Shown: positions 60,461-64,000 of the stretch, in pieces | How positions within the stretch are numbered: the stretch's first letter is position 1 | How the letters are laid out: every line of letters begins with the position of its first letter | Assembly: GCA_976226885.1 (NCBI GenBank) | Contig: OZ320316.1 | Span: 81,964,001 to 82,028,000 of the forward strand | Reading direction: 5' to 3' | Length of the DNA stretch: 64,000 bases | Source of the DNA: Iphione sp. A-MEVVRFRX5 | Taxonomy: Eukaryota | The notes under the pieces: model-generated | The model's database searches: none | What the model was told of the DNA's origin: nothing | What the model saw: the letters and a program-made list of their open reading frames with translations, nothing else | Made by a program: the position numbers and the translations under genes

Positions 60461-63400
60461 CTGTATAGATGACATGGGAGCTTTTGCCAAATATATAAAC
60501 AAACAGGACAGCTGGCAATATATGTGCATATCAGGTCTATGGTAATTATGCTAGGCATACTGGTAGGTGTAATTATCACTAATAGATAATGAATTGATTT
60601 CATTTATCTTTTTTTTGTTTGTTTTGTCTTCAACAGCACTTGGCATTTGTTGGGAAAATGATGACCTTTATACAAGCACTCTCTACTAGGACCCCTTGGT
60701 CAGGATACAGTTTCTCTATGCACAGACTCTGCCCGATCTATCACTACCTGCCATGGTGTAAGCAGGTGAGGCTTGGTACTTCAGCTGGGTTTATATCCTA
60801 TCGATGTTGAAGGCAGCTCGCACCTAACGAAGATCGGGAGGAAGTCTAGAATTTGGCAGCCATAAGGGCGGGCTCTAGATAAGGAAACGTTAAATTTTCT
60901 CAGTTCATTGATACAATATCACACATCTGAACGATCGGTACATATCATGGGAGTGGGTGGTCAGAATACCTGTTCAAACCAAATGAAGGCTTCTATTGGT
61001 ACCGTTAACATGGCAGTTGGTTATTAATGTGTTTGCCATATGGCATCAGTATTATTACCTTTGGAGTGTTCTAGAGAGGTTCTTATTTGACTGACAAAAT
61101 TGCAATAAAAATGTGTAATTTTTCATGTACAGGCTAAGAGACCGATTGTTTGCCTGAAAAACTGTGACAGTATTTGGCCAACAGAAAAATTATAATAAAA
61201 CCAATTTGAAAAATTCTGATCATGTAGTCAGGAAAACTTGTGACATTTTAACTGTGCTGTCCCCGGTGTCCATGCGTAAAGATTAATCGTTATTTTAAAG
61301 AATCCTGATGTTATTTTATAAAAAAAATCGTCAACAGTAACACTGTATTGACACAACCCTTGCCGTCCTAGGGATCTTCTGCAAAGATACATACACAAAC
61401 AAAATGACATAAATGGAGCTATCACAAATTTAAATAATTGCTCAAATACCTAGGGTACAGTAATATTAGTCATGTACCATCAGAAACACGGGTAATTAAA
61501 TTTCTGCTAATTAGCATTTGAAGATTTAAAATAGAAGCAATCAACGCCATGGTATCCCAGGATGGAAACATATGCTCTTCCAGCAAAAAAAAGGAATTAA
61601 AGATCTTGGTCAGCACAACCCTGCTTATTCATTGACAGACAAATCACTTTAGTCATTTAATTGAAGACTGTACAAAAATATCATGTATGCCGTGTTGACG
61701 GAGAGGAAAAGCCTTGAACATATCCACTTCATGTAAAAACCTAGCCACTATTTTCTATTAGTAAACACTGTACAACCGCTTTGCTTAAATTTGGAAATAG
61801 ACTGATGTAATTCTTAAGCAAAACAGATTACTTTATAGTGATTTATGCAAGATTCTCAGTGTAAAAGAGTGCCAAAACCTTTTCAAATACAAATCTGAAT
61901 GAATATTATTATACCTACATTAAAAAGCAAAAACAACTTTGTAGTTCAAAAGTTTAAACAAATATGTCCATAGTTTTACCGTTTCAAAATACATGTAGGT
62001 TACAACCAGGGAGTGTGCCTCATAAAACCTAAAAAGAAATACCTTCCTTAATGAAATATGTAGGGAGTTCAATACTCTTGTTCAAAGAGAACAAATTGTT
62101 CATGGATAGTGTACGTTAAGCTGGGTTACCCCAGTTGCAGACTAAGCAAGGAACAACATCCACAAAGTAGTTCCAAATGCAAACTGGTTTATTGACCACA
62201 CAGGGCCCATACTTATAGTCAAGGATCATCTGATGCTTAGTCAATCATAATAAAGCATGGAACAAAAGTGTTACAGTGTTCAACCAAATGGAATATTTTG
62301 CACCTATCAGTTGTCAATCCTCTAGGTACAAAAAACAGGCACCTGGATGACAGGGGTCTCTATGACATAATGTATCTGGAGAATCCGTAGCGTGGAAGTT
62401 CATAGACTACTCTTTAACGCAGGCTTGGTAATGGTGCCATAACCGAGACCACAGGGAAGAGTTCACATGGTAAATTCACACAGCAAACCTAATTACAATG
62501 TCGGGACCTATACTACAATACATTGAACAATGTCTTACAACAATCTTTGCAAACCCTCGTAAAAACCTAAGGCCTACCTTCCAAATAGATAGCAATGATG
62601 TTTCGTACTGACGTACTGTAGCAGCTCAGAATTAACACCGTCCCTGATACAAGAAAATTTTGCCCTTAGCTGTGAGTTGCCCTCCAACATAAGTTACAGA
62701 AAATAAACTAGTAAGACCAGCCATACCCAATGTTGATTTGCCCGTCTGGTTGAGTTGCCAACAAGATGAGTTGCTACTGTATATCTGTACTGTCCTTGTT
62801 TTATTCAAAATATTCATGCCGCACCTAACACAACCCGACAACTTTTCGTTGGTCGTTATGTGTTATTAATATTTTTTATGCTTTTGCTACATGCATCTTA
62901 TTCTTCACGCCAAGGTCATTTTCTGTTAGTGCGACAATGGCGCCGCCACATAGTTTACTCCTTTCTCCACCAGATGTCAGATACAAAAGGGAGGAATTGG
63001 CGATAACATAAATGCAGAAGTACAAAAATACATATAAATAGATAGTATTCCGAAATCCTTTAGTTCTCATAGAACTATAATGCCGCAAAAGAGAGAATTA
63101 ATCATCGCTATTGGTTTTAATCTAAAACCTCGAAATTACCTCGTCATTCTTATTTGAATGTTCCTCCGAGTTCCGATTTATTTTATTTCGTTTACTGAAA
63201 CATTTGTTGAAAAAGTATTCTATGAATTCAGCCACCGTGATGATGCTTGCTCCAAGGAATAATCCCATTTGTCCTCCAATATCACCTACAATATCAAGGG
63301 TCGGTTAGGCATGAGATATTCTTCATAGTGTTGTAGTATATGAATATAGAACATTTTTATATCAGTCAAAATACTAGTGTTGTGGAATACCACTAGTCAG

Positions 63401-63834
63401 CTTTTCATTCTAATAATGCAAGTGTACTCCAATACTCAAACAAAAATCACTTTGTAGTCATTTAATCCAATACTAATGTTAAGCTTTGCTACCTGCTACC
63501 TGCTAGAATACCAGACCAGACACCTCTTAAGCTATCATAAAATATTAAATTACACAGCAAATTTCACTAAGATTCTCAAATCAAACCTTACAATTTGAGC
63601 GTATCCAAGCGAAATTATATTTCTGATGATGCAAACGTCAAATAGCAAAAACAATTAGGTAATATTGCTCGGTCAGTATTATACATTCATCAACACTTTT
63701 CAAAAGGGTTCCAGTTTAATTTGTAAATATAGTTATATGGACTTGATATTCAATGTTGCTCTTATTATTTGTATTATGTATGTAACGCGTATTCAAGGAT
63801 TTGATTGGCGTGTTACTGATATTCTGTTTGGTTT

Positions 63835-63876
<42 letters not shown>
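63835..63876. repeat. (ATC)n microsatellite
   Basis: About 14 perfect copies. Confidence 0.98.
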
Positions 63877-63880
<4 letters not shown>

Positions 63881-64000
63881 AAGCATTTTTCTAATAAACA
63901 CATTTCATGAAGCGTTTCTGTTTCACAAAGACTAATTATCTATGAATACTTAGTCCTGTCAGAATATGGTACTATGTGGTAGATAAATACCGAGTGGAGC

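Noticed and set aside
62876-63088. Minus ORF MRTKGFRNTIYLYVFLYFCIYVIANSSLLYL resembling a type II membrane N-terminus
   Set aside because: It ends in a stop without a donor, the hydrophobicity is explained by T-rich DNA, and no downstream domain is recognisable.

Overview
Eukaryotic (invertebrate animal-like) scaffold with three N gaps; the species cannot be determined from the sequence. The left ~38.5 kb holds an intron-rich + strand MGAT1 (GlcNAc-transferase I, GT13) gene. Eight catalytic-region exons (23443-38465) join in frame through GT-AG introns and closely match the known GnT-I sequence. Upstream lie a probable 28-nt micro-exon (8302-8329) and two paralogous coiled-coil stem exons (12334-12478 and 13263-13389). 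Both stem exons are phase 0 to phase 1, so only one-of-two inclusion keeps the frame: apparent mutually exclusive splicing of the Golgi stem. An identical 14-mer precedes each stem exon and is complementary to a site just after the micro-exon, which suggests a docking/selector mechanism. The ATG/transmembrane exon was not found. The right ~25 kb is mostly decayed mobile DNA: a CR1/L2-type LINE ORF2, other LINE fragments, two related TA-flanked pogo/Tc1-like MITEs carrying tandem arrays, and a Crypton (DUF3504 tyrosine recombinase) relic inside a CpG-poor domain. No rRNA, tRNA or CRISPR array was seen. All analysis was done by eye.
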